IMG/VR virus record: IMGVR_UViG_3300043425_001190
Location: 1-64,000 of that record
Direction: 5' to 3' (one strand)
Source of the DNA: a virus
DNA length: 64,000 nucleotides
Part shown: piece by piece, positions 1-9,561 of the stretch
Layout of the letters: each line of letters starts with the position of its first letter
Numbering within the stretch: position 1 is the first letter of the stretch
Program-made: the position numbers and the translations under genes
Notes under the pieces: generated by a model
The model's input: only the letters and a program-made list of their open reading frames with translations
What the model was told of the DNA's origin: nothing
Databases searched by the model: none

Positions 1-88
1 GGGACCCGGCAACAGAGTCGGCCAATGACTTCGTTAGCTGGTACATCGAAAAATATGACCTAGATGATATGGGTCGGGAGGGTGTGTT

Positions 89-493
89 ATGAATGAAACA
101 ACTATTCTTGAAACGGTCAAGTCAAATAACGGTTACGGTTGTAGCTGCTGTTCCACTGAATGGTCAGGACATGAATGGATCGGCCCACAGTCACTTCTTG
201 ATTCTAAAGGCCTCATCGCTGAAATGGAACGGGAACTACCACTAAACGACTTCCGTATGATTGAAAAAATCTATGAGAAGTCCGGTAAAACCCTCTATGG
301 ATGGACCTCAACGCTGTATAAAAGTAGTGAAGATCAATTTCTGGTTTTGGGTAGCCGTAAGGTTATGATCAAGGCGCATGGCAGCGGGAAAGCGGCCACC
401 AACGAAGAAATCGAGTCCATCAAGGCCGGTATCGACTCCTTGCATGCCGAGTTAACCACCAACTCGTTTAACCCAGGAGAAATACCACAATGA
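89..493 (+). CDS. hypothetical protein
   Basis: GGAGG RBS upstream; ATGA overlap with next ORF. Confidence 0.7.
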   Translation: MNETTILETVKSNNGYGCSCCSTEWSGHEWIGPQSLLDSKGLIAEMERELPLNDFRMIEKIYEKSGKTLYGWTSTLYKSSEDQFLVLGSRKVMIKAHGSGKAATNEEIESIKAGIDSLHAELTTNSFNPGEIPQ

Positions 494-798
494 GATACAT
501 GATTATTTGCTCTGAAAAAGTCACCAATCATGGTGCCACCACCAAGTACACCTCATCACCGGTAAATGTCACGGTGACAGCCGACACATTCTTGTCCGCC
601 CTGGAGGAGATCAAGTTGGTGTTATCGTATAGCGGCGATGAAGATGACAAGTATTATTTCCTCCGTGAAAACGGATCTTTTACCTTCAACTCCGAAGAAG
701 ATGACGGATCGGTGTCTGATTATGAATGCCGTGCATACACGGTGTCAGATTATACCCCGGAAGACATCCTTTACATCAACCAGCCGAAGAGAGGTTAA
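490..798 (+). CDS. hypothetical protein
   Basis: AGGAG RBS; tightly packed with neighbours. Confidence 0.7.
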   Translation: MRYMIICSEKVTNHGATTKYTSSPVNVTVTADTFLSALEEIKLVLSYSGDEDDKYYFLRENGSFTFNSEEDDGSVSDYECRAYTVSDYTPEDILYINQPKRG

Positions 799-799
799 C

Positions 800-1135
800 A
801 TGCAAGACTTCGACATGTATCTCACCGTTCGTGGTGAGGAATGGTACATCGACCTGACGTATGACAACGTCACAGGATCGTGGGATTCAGATGGTGGCAT
901 CGGCCACTATGAATGGCACGGTGCAACTGGGTACGACGAGGATGGAGAACCATACTTCATACCAGAAGACTGTGACATTCCAGAAATCAGTATCTATGGT
1001 AATTGTTGGTCGGCCGGTGGTGAGTTAGCCTTTGAGATTCTCACCAACCACGGCCTCATCGACAAAGTGAAGGAGGCCATCTTCGAATACCACGATGAGC
1101 CGGTCCCGGAGCCTGACGGTGACCCTGGGTACTAG
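800..1135 (+). CDS. hypothetical acidic protein (start moved to MQDFD)
   Basis: GAGG RBS and ATG immediately after the upstream TAA. Confidence 0.65.
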   Translation: MQDFDMYLTVRGEEWYIDLTYDNVTGSWDSDGGIGHYEWHGATGYDEDGEPYFIPEDCDIPEISIYGNCWSAGGELAFEILTNHGLIDKVKEAIFEYHDEPVPEPDGDPGY

Positions 1136-1139
1136 TATA

Positions 1140-1493
1140 ATGAAAAAAGATAAACTTATCGAGCTGCTGTCGGCTATACCCGGCAATCCAGAGATCGCTC
1201 TCTGGAATGGCAGCGTTGGTGATTACCACCACATCGGTTGGCTTGACACCCTCACCCTGTATAAAGAAAACGAAAACGTCAAGCGCCTCTTCCTTGACGC
1301 CGATAGAAATTATGACCAAATGCCAGAAGAGGCTAAGAAGGCGAAGGTTAAAGAAATGGTAAAGAACGAGAAGTGGAAAATGCTTGAAGGTGCTGACGAC
1401 ACCTTCATCCGCATCAAAAAGAACATGGTATTGATATGTCCACGTCCTCGCGGTGTAACAACCCGTGATCGTTTAGGCAAAATCAGCTATTAA
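1140..1493 (+). CDS. hypothetical protein (start MKKDKLIELL)
   Basis: ATG 4 nt after the upstream stop; fills the gap in the operon. Confidence 0.65.
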   Translation: MKKDKLIELLSAIPGNPEIALWNGSVGDYHHIGWLDTLTLYKENENVKRLFLDADRNYDQMPEEAKKAKVKEMVKNEKWKMLEGADDTFIRIKKNMVLICPRPRGVTTRDRLGKISY

Positions 1494-1503
1494 GGAGAAC
1501 AAC

Positions 1504-1923
1504 ATGAGCGAACATAATTTCCGGCAATCGTGCAAATCGGTTGCCGATTCGTTTGAAAACAAATACGACGGCAACCCGCTTGAGTTGGCGGTTGATATCG
1601 CCAGAGTCAAGAAGGGAATCGAACTCCTTGAAAAGATGGTGGTGGCCGATGCCTCAGCCATCTGGTCAACGCTCAGCCCCGATGGAGTTTCCATGATGGT
1701 TGGTGGTGCCCGTGTCAGCCGGTATACACCAGGCGGCAAATACAAGTACACCCCAGAGTTGGAAAAACGAATGAAGGCCGTGGAGGAAGAAATGGCTGCC
1801 ATTCGTGAGTGTCAAGAGAATGAGAAGCGGTTTGAAATCGCCGACTACACACCGGGTGGTGAACCTGGCACAAAGAATTTCACTGTCTTGGTAACTGGTG
1901 GCATTCAGCCATTCGCCCGTTAA
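1504..1923 (+). CDS. hypothetical protein
   Basis: AAGGAG RBS; 139 aa. Confidence 0.7.
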   Translation: MSEHNFRQSCKSVADSFENKYDGNPLELAVDIARVKKGIELLEKMVVADASAIWSTLSPDGVSMMVGGARVSRYTPGGKYKYTPELEKRMKAVEEEMAAIRECQENEKRFEIADYTPGGEPGTKNFTVLVTGGIQPFAR

Positions 1924-2671
1924 GGTAGGCTAACGCTTCGCTGGTATCATACCTGTCTAACTTGACTTTGTTATCTTTGAACCAAAGTGGTTGCAGGTTT
2001 GTGTGGTGTGACAAAAGTGATATCATCCTTTGGTATACTACAACATCACCACCACACAAATCGGCAGCGGCTTTCAATGGTATTACGTGGTCGACGTCCC
2101 ACCCACCTACCCCTCTGTTTGACCAGGACATCCCATCAGTGAATTTGTGTTCTATATATGCACACAACTCAGATATGGAACACCCAAGCAAATTTTCTGT
2201 CTTGGAGTCTTTTGTAGATGAAAACGTAGACCTTTTGAAAGCATACCTGGTTAAACTTCTGATTGCTCTACTCAGTCGGTAGAAAGGGTCGGACTCCAAA
2301 CGTTTAACATGGTATTCTCTGCGGCACAAAGTTAATCTAGCCAGGTTTTCTTTTCGGTAATCCTTTTTACTTTTAGCCGATTTTTCAGCGTTTTGTTTAT
2401 GCCAGCGTTTAATCACCGCTTTAACCTTGTCTTGGTTTAGTTCTCTATACTCTTTGGCGGTGTTCAGCCTAATGGCGTGGTTCCTATAGTAATTTTCTTT
2501 TGCCTGTCTCTTTAAGTGGTCTTTATTGAGTTGGTAATGTGATAGATAACAAGCCTGCTCCCAGCTGCCACTCCACTCACGACCTTCGGCCAGTACCTTT
2601 GACTTTTTGAAACGTTTGGGAACCACCAACTTGCCATCAACGTACACATCTTGTGTAGATAAATTAGACAT
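1880..2671 (-). CDS. free-standing HNH (homing) endonuclease
   Basis: basic helical N-terminus then GMSWSN..WDVDHVIP..HHTNLQPLW..DN..K HNH motif; antisense to neighbours; GAGGTG RBS. Confidence 0.8.
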   Translation of the reverse strand: MSNLSTQDVYVDGKLVVPKRFKKSKVLAEGREWSGSWEQACYLSHYQLNKDHLKRQAKENYYRNHAIRLNTAKEYRELNQDKVKAVIKRWHKQNAEKSAKSKKDYRKENLARLTLCRREYHVKRLESDPFYRLSRAIRSLTRYAFKRSTFSSTKDSKTENLLGCSISELCAYIEHKFTDGMSWSNRGVGGWDVDHVIPLKAAADLCGGDVVVYQRMISLLSHHTNLQPLWFKDNKVKLDRYDTSEALAYLNGRMAECHQLPRQ

Positions 2672-2746
2672 CTTCTCACCTCATTCGTGGGATTATTGTT
2701 TAGAGCCCAGGTCAGCTGCAAACTGCCTGGGCTCGTCTATACTTAA
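2672..2746 (-). promoter_or_regulatory. late-type promoter TAAGTA (2740-2745) plus leader hairpin (2703-2734, loop TTTGCAG) upstream of the HNH gene
   Basis: GAGCCCAGG-CAG / CTG-A-CCTGGGCTC inverted repeat read directly from the sequence. Confidence 0.65.
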
Positions 2747-2775
2747 CCACAACGCACCAACAGAAAGGACATAAC

Positions 2776-3042
2776 ATGGAAGGATTTTCTGTCATCTATC
2801 GCAACCCAGGGCACTGGGATTTCACCAAACCATCATTGGGCCGGGTATTCCGCATCAGAGGCGGTCCGGGTTCTTATGTTGTCTTTGATGAAAGACGTCA
2901 ACCTGATGAACCACTGAAGGATGGGATGACGTTCAACACTCTCCCAGCCGCTGTCTCTTATATCACCGATCAGCTCATGTACGAGTTGATTGTTGCCGAG
3001 GGACAAACCCCAACCAAAATTGAAGGATGGAACGTAACATGA
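2776..3042 (+). CDS. hypothetical protein
   Basis: AAGGA RBS; 88 aa. Confidence 0.7.
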   Translation: MEGFSVIYRNPGHWDFTKPSLGRVFRIRGGPGSYVVFDERRQPDEPLKDGMTFNTLPAAVSYITDQLMYELIVAEGQTPTKIEGWNVT

Positions 3043-3314
3043 GCAGCGCTAAAACCAAAGAGTTGCAAGAACAAAGGGCCGATGCCCAAGCCTACCTTAA
3101 CGTCAACGCCAAAGGTACTGCAGATCATTTGGTCTTAAAATATCCGCATCTTGAATTGTCGATGTCGGACGATGATATGTGGAAATTGCCCATCGATGAG
3201 TTCTATGCACTGAAACTAATCAAGGCCGCATATCGGTTCGAAAGTGTTACCACCGAAATGCTGCGCAGTATGGCAGCTGACCGCGAGACCGAACCCAAGA
3301 ATTTGTTCCCGTAG
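3039..3314 (+). CDS. hypothetical protein
   Basis: ATGA overlap with upstream ORF. Confidence 0.6.
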   Translation: MSSAKTKELQEQRADAQAYLNVNAKGTADHLVLKYPHLELSMSDDDMWKLPIDEFYALKLIKAAYRFESVTTEMLRSMAADRETEPKNLFP

Positions 3315-3326
3315 GAGAAACCAAAA

Positions 3327-3686
3327 ATGATCAAATGTCCACACTGTGGCAGCACCGGCACGTTCGGTATCGCTGCCACCATCACCGCAACAGTAAACAG
3401 CCAACTTGATGTGGTTGATACTGACAACACCGATATTGAATGGGACGATACCTCAGTTATCAGATGCATGGAATGTGATATGCCCGGAAATGTTGGTCAC
3501 TGGGAGGTTGATGATGAAGTCGACCAAGAAGATGCACCACATGTTGTTATGTGTGATTGTGGCAACAAAATGACTCTCACCGAAGAACAAGAACAAGCCG
3601 ATACATTAACATGCCCGGTATGTGGTTACTGTAGTGACCATTGTGATTTCCCGGACGTAGCCCAAGAGGAGTCAGACAATGACTAA
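3327..3686 (+). CDS. acidic zinc-ribbon protein
   Basis: CPHC, CMEC, CDC, CPVC motifs; AGGAG RBS. Confidence 0.7.
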   Translation: MIKCPHCGSTGTFGIAATITATVNSQLDVVDTDNTDIEWDDTSVIRCMECDMPGNVGHWEVDDEVDQEDAPHVVMCDCGNKMTLTEEQEQADTLTCPVCGYCSDHCDFPDVAQEESDND

Positions 3687-3858
3687 CAGGCAAAAAGCTG
3701 AGCGGTGGGATAGCTGGCTCGGCTATATGTGTGTTGCTACCGTTATTGCGTTGTTCCTGGGTGGAGACCTGTGGGTATACTGCCTGTCTCTCACCGCGTT
3801 ATGGTTAGTAATCTCAACAATGGCCAAAATTTGGCTTGTAATGAAGGAAAAAGAATGA
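3679..3858 (+). CDS. small membrane protein (59 aa, not in ORF track)
   Basis: hand translation MTNRQKAERWDSWLGYMCVATVIALFLGGDLWVYCLSLTALWLVISTMAKIWLVMKEKE; GAGGAG RBS; ATGA overlap with the helicase; two hydrophobic segments. Confidence 0.6.
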   Translation: MTNRQKAERWDSWLGYMCVATVIALFLGGDLWVYCLSLTALWLVISTMAKIWLVMKEKE

Positions 3859-4943
3859 AACATCTGCAACAACGACCCTATCAGGTCGAAACTATCAACG
3901 ACTGTCTGGAATCTTTCGGGCGGGGTGTTCCCTCAGTGATGATCTTCTCCCCTACCGGTTCTGGTAAGACCGTCATGGGGCTGAGTGTCGTCAAGCGCAT
4001 CATGGCCGAACTCGGTGCCACAACATGCAACTGGGTGGCCAAGCGCCGCAAGTTGCTGAAGCAGGCCGGCGAGGAAAACCTGATGGTTGGGGCCACCGGA
4101 ATCAATTTCATCAGCATGTTCGACAAGGACGTGCCCGAGGCTGATATCCTGGTGGTGGATGAGGCTCACGCCGACGCCACCGCCTCGATGACCGGCATCC
4201 ACTCGATGACCAAGGCCAAATACGTCCTTGGCTTGTCGGCCACGCCGTTCAGAAATGACGGTGCCCGCCTATGCTTTGCCAAGACAATCCGGTATGGCGA
4301 CTTCTACAACCTCATCCACCAGGGTTATCTCAGCAAGTACAACCACTTCAGTGTTGGGAGCTGGAAGCCGACCGATTTGGCCAGGGCGTATGACTCCAGG
4401 GCCGAAGAGTTCGGAAAGTCGGTGGTCTTCTTCCTCACCATGGCAGAATGTCAAGAATTCTGCACCGTCATGAATGCGATGGGGCATGACTCCGAGACCA
4501 TTCATGGTGGGATGAACGAGGAAGAGAAGGAAAACCTGTTTGACCGGTTTGATCGTGGCGAGGTCAAAGTGTTGGTCAACATTATCCTCCTCACCGAGGG
4601 GTTTGACTGCCCCGATCTACAGACAGTGTTTGTCCGCCCGACAGAATCCAAGGGCTTGGGAATTCAGATGGCGGGGCGGGTACTTCGCCTCCACCAAGGT
4701 AAAATTAAGAACATCGTAGAATGTTCCAGTGTCGGCAAGAATAACTTCGTCAGAACAGCTAAACCAGTCGAGCAGTATGTCCTCGACGGAAACGAGTGGC
4801 ATTGCATCAGCAGCAATGATGCCATCGAAACGGTGAGCAGAGAGATGATTAGCGCCATTGTCAACAACACCAACACCACTGGTGATTCAATGGCCGCACT
4901 TCTCAAGAAGAAGATGAAAGGTAAGAAGAAACGTTCGTTCTAA
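3855..4943 (+). CDS. superfamily 2 DNA helicase
   Basis: RPYQ, SPTGSGKT (Walker A), DEAH, LSATP, LTEGFD.P, QMAGRVLR motifs. Confidence 0.9.
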   Translation: MKHLQQRPYQVETINDCLESFGRGVPSVMIFSPTGSGKTVMGLSVVKRIMAELGATTCNWVAKRRKLLKQAGEENLMVGATGINFISMFDKDVPEADILVVDEAHADATASMTGIHSMTKAKYVLGLSATPFRNDGARLCFAKTIRYGDFYNLIHQGYLSKYNHFSVGSWKPTDLARAYDSRAEEFGKSVVFFLTMAECQEFCTVMNAMGHDSETIHGGMNEEEKENLFDRFDRGEVKVLVNIILLTEGFDCPDLQTVFVRPTESKGLGIQMAGRVLRLHQGKIKNIVECSSVGKNNFVRTAKPVEQYVLDGNEWHCISSNDAIETVSREMISAIVNNTNTTGDSMAALLKKKMKGKKKRSF

Positions 4944-4944
4944 C

Positions 4945-4990
4945 TTGAAACCCAATCCCGGGGATAGTATTTTGAAATACCCCCGGGGAC
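4945..4990 (+). promoter_or_regulatory. sigma70-type promoter TTGAAA-17-TATTTT overlapped by an inverted repeat
   Basis: -35 at 4945-4950, -10 at 4968-4973; CCGGGG..GTATTT-TG-AAATAC..CCCCGG dyad. Confidence 0.6.
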
Positions 4991-5029
4991 CATTTGCCCC
5001 ACAACAAAACAGAAACAGGAAGATACACC

Positions 5030-6355
5030 ATGAACCCCGTCCAGAACACCGGCATCGCCACCCCCGCCCAACAGCACCTCATCAACGCCCTCGACATCAA
5101 GAACGGATTCGACGTCAAAGATGTCCGGGTCGAGTACATCGACAACATCAACTTGGCCAACGTCCAATTCGACCCCAAGACGAAGCACATCGCCCTCAAC
5201 GACCGGGTCTTTGAATCGTCCAGCCGGTTCGTCCAGTCCGCCATGTCCAAATACGGCATCGGCAAGTCGACCTTCTCCCTCTTCACCCCCACTGAGGTGT
5301 TTGAGCGTGTGGTTGAACGGACCAAGGCTGGCGCCCTCAAGCAACCGACCAGTGGACTCGCTGCCGCTGTCCTCCACACCCCGGACAACAAGAATCACCT
5401 TCTTGGTCTGGTCAATGCCCCCGAGAACATCATCAATCCGGTGCAGTACCAGCAGATCATTCGGTCCACTGGCCACACCCACCGCATGAGCATCGACAGC
5501 AACGGCGTCATCACCAGCCGCCACCAAATGCCCCTCACCCCGGCACGCACTATCGGCAACAGTGACGCCTTCCTCCCCATCTTTGAGATGAACACCCCAA
5601 TCGATGGATACGGCAAACCCGCCGCCAACCTCGGTCTGCTCCGCCTCCTCTGCGCCAACGGTGCGGTTGGTTTGGACCAGATGTTCCGCTCCGTCATCAA
5701 GATCAACGCCAAACACCCGATGGACGAAGCGCTCACCCGCTTCCTCACCTCGTTCAGCTCGGACGATGAGACCCTGAACGCATTCAGTGACAAGATGGAG
5801 CAGTTCCAGCTCTCGCAGGCCAGCCTTGCCGAATACGGTTCCCTCTACGAAATCCTGCGCACAGGATTTGGCCACAGTGTCCGCCTCAACCTCATCAACA
5901 CTGGCGACGCCAACGTGGTCGAGGCCTGGTACAAGCAACCCCAGGCTCGCTGGATGGGCATCATCGCCGGCAACTTCTATCAGAAGTATGGCATCACCCA
6001 GATCAGCAGCGTCACCGACAAGAAGCAGCAAATGCTGCCCGTTGGTTGCACGGTGTATGACCTCGTCAACATCGCCACCGAACGCCTTAGCCATGGTGCT
6101 GACGTCTCTCCCCAAGAGAAATCGGCCCTTGGCCGTTGGGTTAGCGACAAGTTCAAGTACGATCTTGACCTGGCCAACGTCCGCGATGCCGGTGTCAAAT
6201 TCAAACACCGTGACACCTTCTTCGGTGCCAGCGACCTGGTTGAATGCGACGGCATCTGGATGTCCCGTGGCAACCTCTACACTGCCGACCGCGCACAAGA
6301 CGATATTGTGGCCGCCGCGTTTGTCGAAGCAGAATTCGTTGACGTCATCGACTAA
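5030..6355 (+). CDS. DUF932-like protein
   Basis: DGYG...GLLRLLCANG motif resembles the DUF932 G-x-x-R-x-x-C-x-NG signature; strong codon bias; AGGA RBS. Confidence 0.55.
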   Translation: MNPVQNTGIATPAQQHLINALDIKNGFDVKDVRVEYIDNINLANVQFDPKTKHIALNDRVFESSSRFVQSAMSKYGIGKSTFSLFTPTEVFERVVERTKAGALKQPTSGLAAAVLHTPDNKNHLLGLVNAPENIINPVQYQQIIRSTGHTHRMSIDSNGVITSRHQMPLTPARTIGNSDAFLPIFEMNTPIDGYGKPAANLGLLRLLCANGAVGLDQMFRSVIKINAKHPMDEALTRFLTSFSSDDETLNAFSDKMEQFQLSQASLAEYGSLYEILRTGFGHSVRLNLINTGDANVVEAWYKQPQARWMGIIAGNFYQKYGITQISSVTDKKQQMLPVGCTVYDLVNIATERLSHGADVSPQEKSALGRWVSDKFKYDLDLANVRDAGVKFKHRDTFFGASDLVECDGIWMSRGNLYTADRAQDDIVAAAFVEAEFVDVID

Positions 6356-6359
6356 CAAC

Positions 6360-6386
6360 CAACCGGGCCGGGAGCGATCCCGGCCC
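6360..6386 (+). repeat. 27-bp hairpin repeat copy 1 (GGGCCGGGA-GCGA-TCCCGGCCC)
   Basis: 9-bp stem with GNRA loop; one mismatch to the copy at 6965-6991. Confidence 0.85.
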
Positions 6387-6402
6387 AACTAAGGACACAA
6401 AT

Positions 6403-6960
6403 ATGAAAACCAAACACGAATTCGCCGCTGGCGACATGGTCATTGTCAAAGAAACCCCGGGTGATAACCGCCCGATTGGCTGGGTATCAGAAATGGACGG
6501 GTTGCAAGGACGGGTTGAGGTCTGTCTCTCCTCCTGTGGATGCCACGTTTCCATCTCCGATACCAGAGACGAAAATGACCTTGGCTCGTTTGAAGTCCCA
6601 ACATCGGCTATCTCCAAAATCAGTACAGACTACTGTATTTGGCTCAAACACCTGCCAGACCAAACCGCTGAGAAAATTGCACGGTCAGTGAACTACGGCA
6701 AGATCTTCACTGAGGCTGAGGCTGTGAAGTTAATCGACGAAGTCACAGAATCAATCGAAAATCTGGCCAAACAATACCCTGGCATCCACTTGGTTCTGTC
6801 GGTGGGTGCCGCTACTGCTGATGGGCTACAGGCCAAGAGCATGCTGCGAACCACCGAAACAATCGGCATGAAAATCGTCCACGAATCTCTTGTCCCGGCA
6901 ACAATGCCATCTGGGCTGAGAGAGATCATTGGGCGTCTCAGACAGCATCGCCAGGACTAA
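6403..6960 (+). CDS. hypothetical protein bracketed by direct repeats
   Basis: AAGGA RBS; 185 aa. Confidence 0.7.
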   Translation: MKTKHEFAAGDMVIVKETPGDNRPIGWVSEMDGLQGRVEVCLSSCGCHVSISDTRDENDLGSFEVPTSAISKISTDYCIWLKHLPDQTAEKIARSVNYGKIFTEAEAVKLIDEVTESIENLAKQYPGIHLVLSVGAATADGLQAKSMLRTTETIGMKIVHESLVPATMPSGLREIIGRLRQHRQD

Positions 6961-6964
6961 ACCA

Positions 6965-6991
6965 CAACCGGGCCGGGAGCAATCCCGGCCC
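6965..6991 (+). repeat. 27-bp hairpin repeat copy 2 (GGGCCGGGA-GCAA-TCCCGGCCC), followed by TTT
   Basis: direct repeat of 6360-6386; weak terminator-like. Confidence 0.85.
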
Positions 6992-7014
6992 TTTCCATAT
7001 ACAGGAGTCTCAGC

Positions 7015-7257
7015 ATGAGCACCGAAAAATACAAAATGTCTGAAGATGATGTGCGGTATTTCATCACCCTTCATAGAAAAGAAGTGAAACATAAAGTCAA
7101 GCTGTTGAGAGAACACCTAGCCGAAATTGAGCGGTGTATCTTAACAGAACATTATGTTCATGCATCCACTGTATCAGCGGGCCAGGCCACCACACAAATG
7201 GCATCCCTGGCCGTAAGCTGTGGTATCCTCAACACTCTGTCGGAGGACAAATCATGA
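7015..7257 (+). CDS. hypothetical protein
   Basis: AGGAG RBS. Confidence 0.65.
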   Translation: MSTEKYKMSEDDVRYFITLHRKEVKHKVKLLREHLAEIERCILTEHYVHASTVSAGQATTQMASLAVSCGILNTLSEDKS

Positions 7258-7436
7258 AACTCCCAAAAGAAATGACGGACCATGACCTTGGTATGGCCAT
7301 ATGGAGCATTAACAGCGCTCTATCCGACAAAAACATCAGCCAAAACAAACGCGATTCTCTCAGCAGCCATTGGTGTATGCTGAGTCGAGAGCAAGACCGG
7401 CGTGCCAGTAGAAACTGCAAAACATGTAACCCTTAA
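7254..7436 (+). CDS. hypothetical protein (start MKLPKEM)
   Basis: GGAGGA RBS; ATGA overlap. Confidence 0.6.
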   Translation: MKLPKEMTDHDLGMAIWSINSALSDKNISQNKRDSLSSHWCMLSREQDRRASRNCKTCNP

Positions 7437-7446
7437 GGAACATAAC

Positions 7447-7935
7447 ATGAGCAAGCAATATTTTGTTCTACCAGAAGGCCAAGCCGTTTACGAAGGTAAA
7501 AACTTCATCCACGGCGGCCAACCATGGTTTAAACGAGAGGTTATTGACCAGATTCTTACCGACCAGGTCATTGACCCCAAAACCTGGCGAGCCGGTGAAG
7601 GTGATACCTACCTGGTTGAATGTCCTGGAGATGAATTCCCAGTCGTCATCAAGAGAGGAAGCAACGGGTTGTACATGTTCAACACCTGGTCGTTCAAAGA
7701 GCTGACCGAGGATGATTTGGCTGAACAGTTGGCCGAATCAAGCTTGGCCACGCATGAAAAATCATTCCTTGAAGATTGTCTACCAAACGACACATCAATC
7801 TACACCGGTCACCCGTGGTACCAGGCCGCTTGTATTTGGTTGATTCGTGGTAACCAGTTAACTCTTGACGGCATCGCCATAAAAAGCATGTCCGATCTAA
7901 ACAAAATCACTGAAAAAATCAAACTTGGAGAATAA
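7447..7935 (+). CDS. hypothetical protein (start MSKQYF)
   Basis: AAGGA RBS. Confidence 0.7.
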   Translation: MSKQYFVLPEGQAVYEGKNFIHGGQPWFKREVIDQILTDQVIDPKTWRAGEGDTYLVECPGDEFPVVIKRGSNGLYMFNTWSFKELTEDDLAEQLAESSLATHEKSFLEDCLPNDTSIYTGHPWYQAACIWLIRGNQLTLDGIAIKSMSDLNKITEKIKLGE

Positions 7936-7937
7936 CC

Positions 7938-8339
7938 GTGAAACGCCGCATCTTCAACAACGCAGGCACCATGGTGGCATACTTGGTATCTGGCACCCAC
8001 TTTACTGACAATATTGGAAATCAAATCACCTTCGATGAACTAAACGGTTTGCTTGGTGATGACGAGCCGGCAAACGCCCTCAGACACGATCAAATTGACG
8101 ACATTGTTAGCGGGCTTACCAACGATGACGATAACCCAAATCACTCACTGAACCGTGACGGGGTATGGTCTGTGGCCAACGATATCAACAAGGTATACGA
8201 CGCAGAATGTGCTAAAGACATCTTTGTTGATAGCCTGTTTCGACACTTTGCCGACGAAGCCGAAATTATGAGTGCATTTGGAAGTGAAGACGAAACTGAA
8301 GAAGACGAAGAAGACGAAACCGAAGAAGAGGAGAATTAA
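7938..8339 (+). CDS. hypothetical protein with acidic tail
   Basis: GTG start after GGAG; EDETEEDEEDETEEEE C-terminus. Confidence 0.7.
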   Translation: MKRRIFNNAGTMVAYLVSGTHFTDNIGNQITFDELNGLLGDDEPANALRHDQIDDIVSGLTNDDDNPNHSLNRDGVWSVANDINKVYDAECAKDIFVDSLFRHFADEAEIMSAFGSEDETEEDEEDETEEEEN

Positions 8340-8341
8340 CA

Positions 8342-8752
8342 ATGAATCCAATCATCGAACAAAAAGACAACGACCTTTATTTCAGCTTACCGTTTTTGAA
8401 CGGAAAGGCGTGGATATGCACCACCAGACCACAGCGCAACGGCTCAGTACGAGTACATGTGAACACCTATGGTAGAATCATGTTTGGTGGATCATACTGC
8501 CATTTCAGACCAGAAACCTTCGGGTATAAAGTGGTGCATGAACGTGGGTATGATGAAACTTCATATATTGTGTGCTCAACAGCCGGCGAGGCTAAGACGG
8601 TTGTAACTGATTTGTTGAGCAGGGCAACACCGATAGTACAGAGTGTAGAAAACGAGTTTAACGAAAGATCTAGGAAAAGAAAAGAGCAAGAATCCTCAAT
8701 GAAAAACGCGGCCGATGAACTTCTATCCGCCTTCAGCAACCAACAGGGGTAA
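8342..8752 (+). CDS. hypothetical protein
   Basis: GAGGAG RBS. Confidence 0.7.
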   Translation: MNPIIEQKDNDLYFSLPFLNGKAWICTTRPQRNGSVRVHVNTYGRIMFGGSYCHFRPETFGYKVVHERGYDETSYIVCSTAGEAKTVVTDLLSRATPIVQSVENEFNERSRKRKEQESSMKNAADELLSAFSNQQG

Positions 8753-8756
8753 CAAA

Positions 8757-9221
8757 ATGAGCGACTCTAAAAAACTCGATAAAATGTCCGAATACGTTCT
8801 AACTTGGCACAACAGCTTACCAAACGTAAATTCAGACAATCAACGCTTTATCGTTCACATGTCGGCCGGATGTTTCAGCCAGCTTTGTGAGATGTTTAAA
8901 AAGAACGGTGTCGAAGACAACATTATGGTTGCCACCGAAGAGATGATCAAAATCTGCAACACCATCGCTCACATCACCAACACCCTAAGCCAAAACCAAA
9001 TTGAGCCGTTTGGCAACATCTTTTACGATGTTGCAGATACAGCAGAGACATACCTGTCCTACTGTCTCAACGACGGGCTTAACAGCAGCCGACACTTTGT
9101 TTACAGCCCACAAGAAATGATTGCCTATTGCATTGCCGTCGCTTACGATGGTGGTGTCGATGATAGCTCGGTCCACAGTTGGTTGACCGAGCTACTAGGA
9201 GATAAACCAGTAGGAGGATAA
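8757..9221 (+). CDS. hypothetical protein (start MSDSKK)
   Basis: AGGGG RBS; operon packing. Confidence 0.65.
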   Translation: MSDSKKLDKMSEYVLTWHNSLPNVNSDNQRFIVHMSAGCFSQLCEMFKKNGVEDNIMVATEEMIKICNTIAHITNTLSQNQIEPFGNIFYDVADTAETYLSYCLNDGLNSSRHFVYSPQEMIAYCIAVAYDGGVDDSSVHSWLTELLGDKPVGG

Positions 9222-9222
9222 C

Positions 9223-9561
9223 ATGAACCGGTATTATGTTTACAACTTTGCCACCCTTGGTGAGTTTGACGAGTCAGCAGAGAGCAGACAGTATCTTGAG
9301 GTTTGTGCCGATGTCCAGGTCAAGGGGCTGGTTATCACCCCAAAGCTAACACAGGCACGAATTGACGGAATCATTAAACGAGCCCAAATTTGTACTCCTG
9401 GGTACAACAGCGCCACTATGAAATGGCATACTGACGGGTGGCAAAGCATGCCGGCCGAGGATGGCGGTGAACACCAAATCCTGTGGTTGGAAGAAACCGA
9501 AACCAAAACCCTGGTAACCCAGGTAACGATAGTCGAAGTTGAACTCGACAAGGAGCATTAA
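9223..9561 (+). CDS. hypothetical protein
   Basis: AGGAGGA RBS. Confidence 0.7.
   Translation: MNRYYVYNFATLGEFDESAESRQYLEVCADVQVKGLVITPKLTQARIDGIIKRAQICTPGYNSATMKWHTDGWQSMPAEDGGEHQILWLEETETKTLVTQVTIVEVELDKEH

Noticed and set aside
4940-6388. 482-aa antisense ORF (and similar shadow ORFs over 10740-13242, the tape measure and the sheath)
   Set aside because: Mirror frames of strongly codon-biased genes; no RBS or recognisable motifs.
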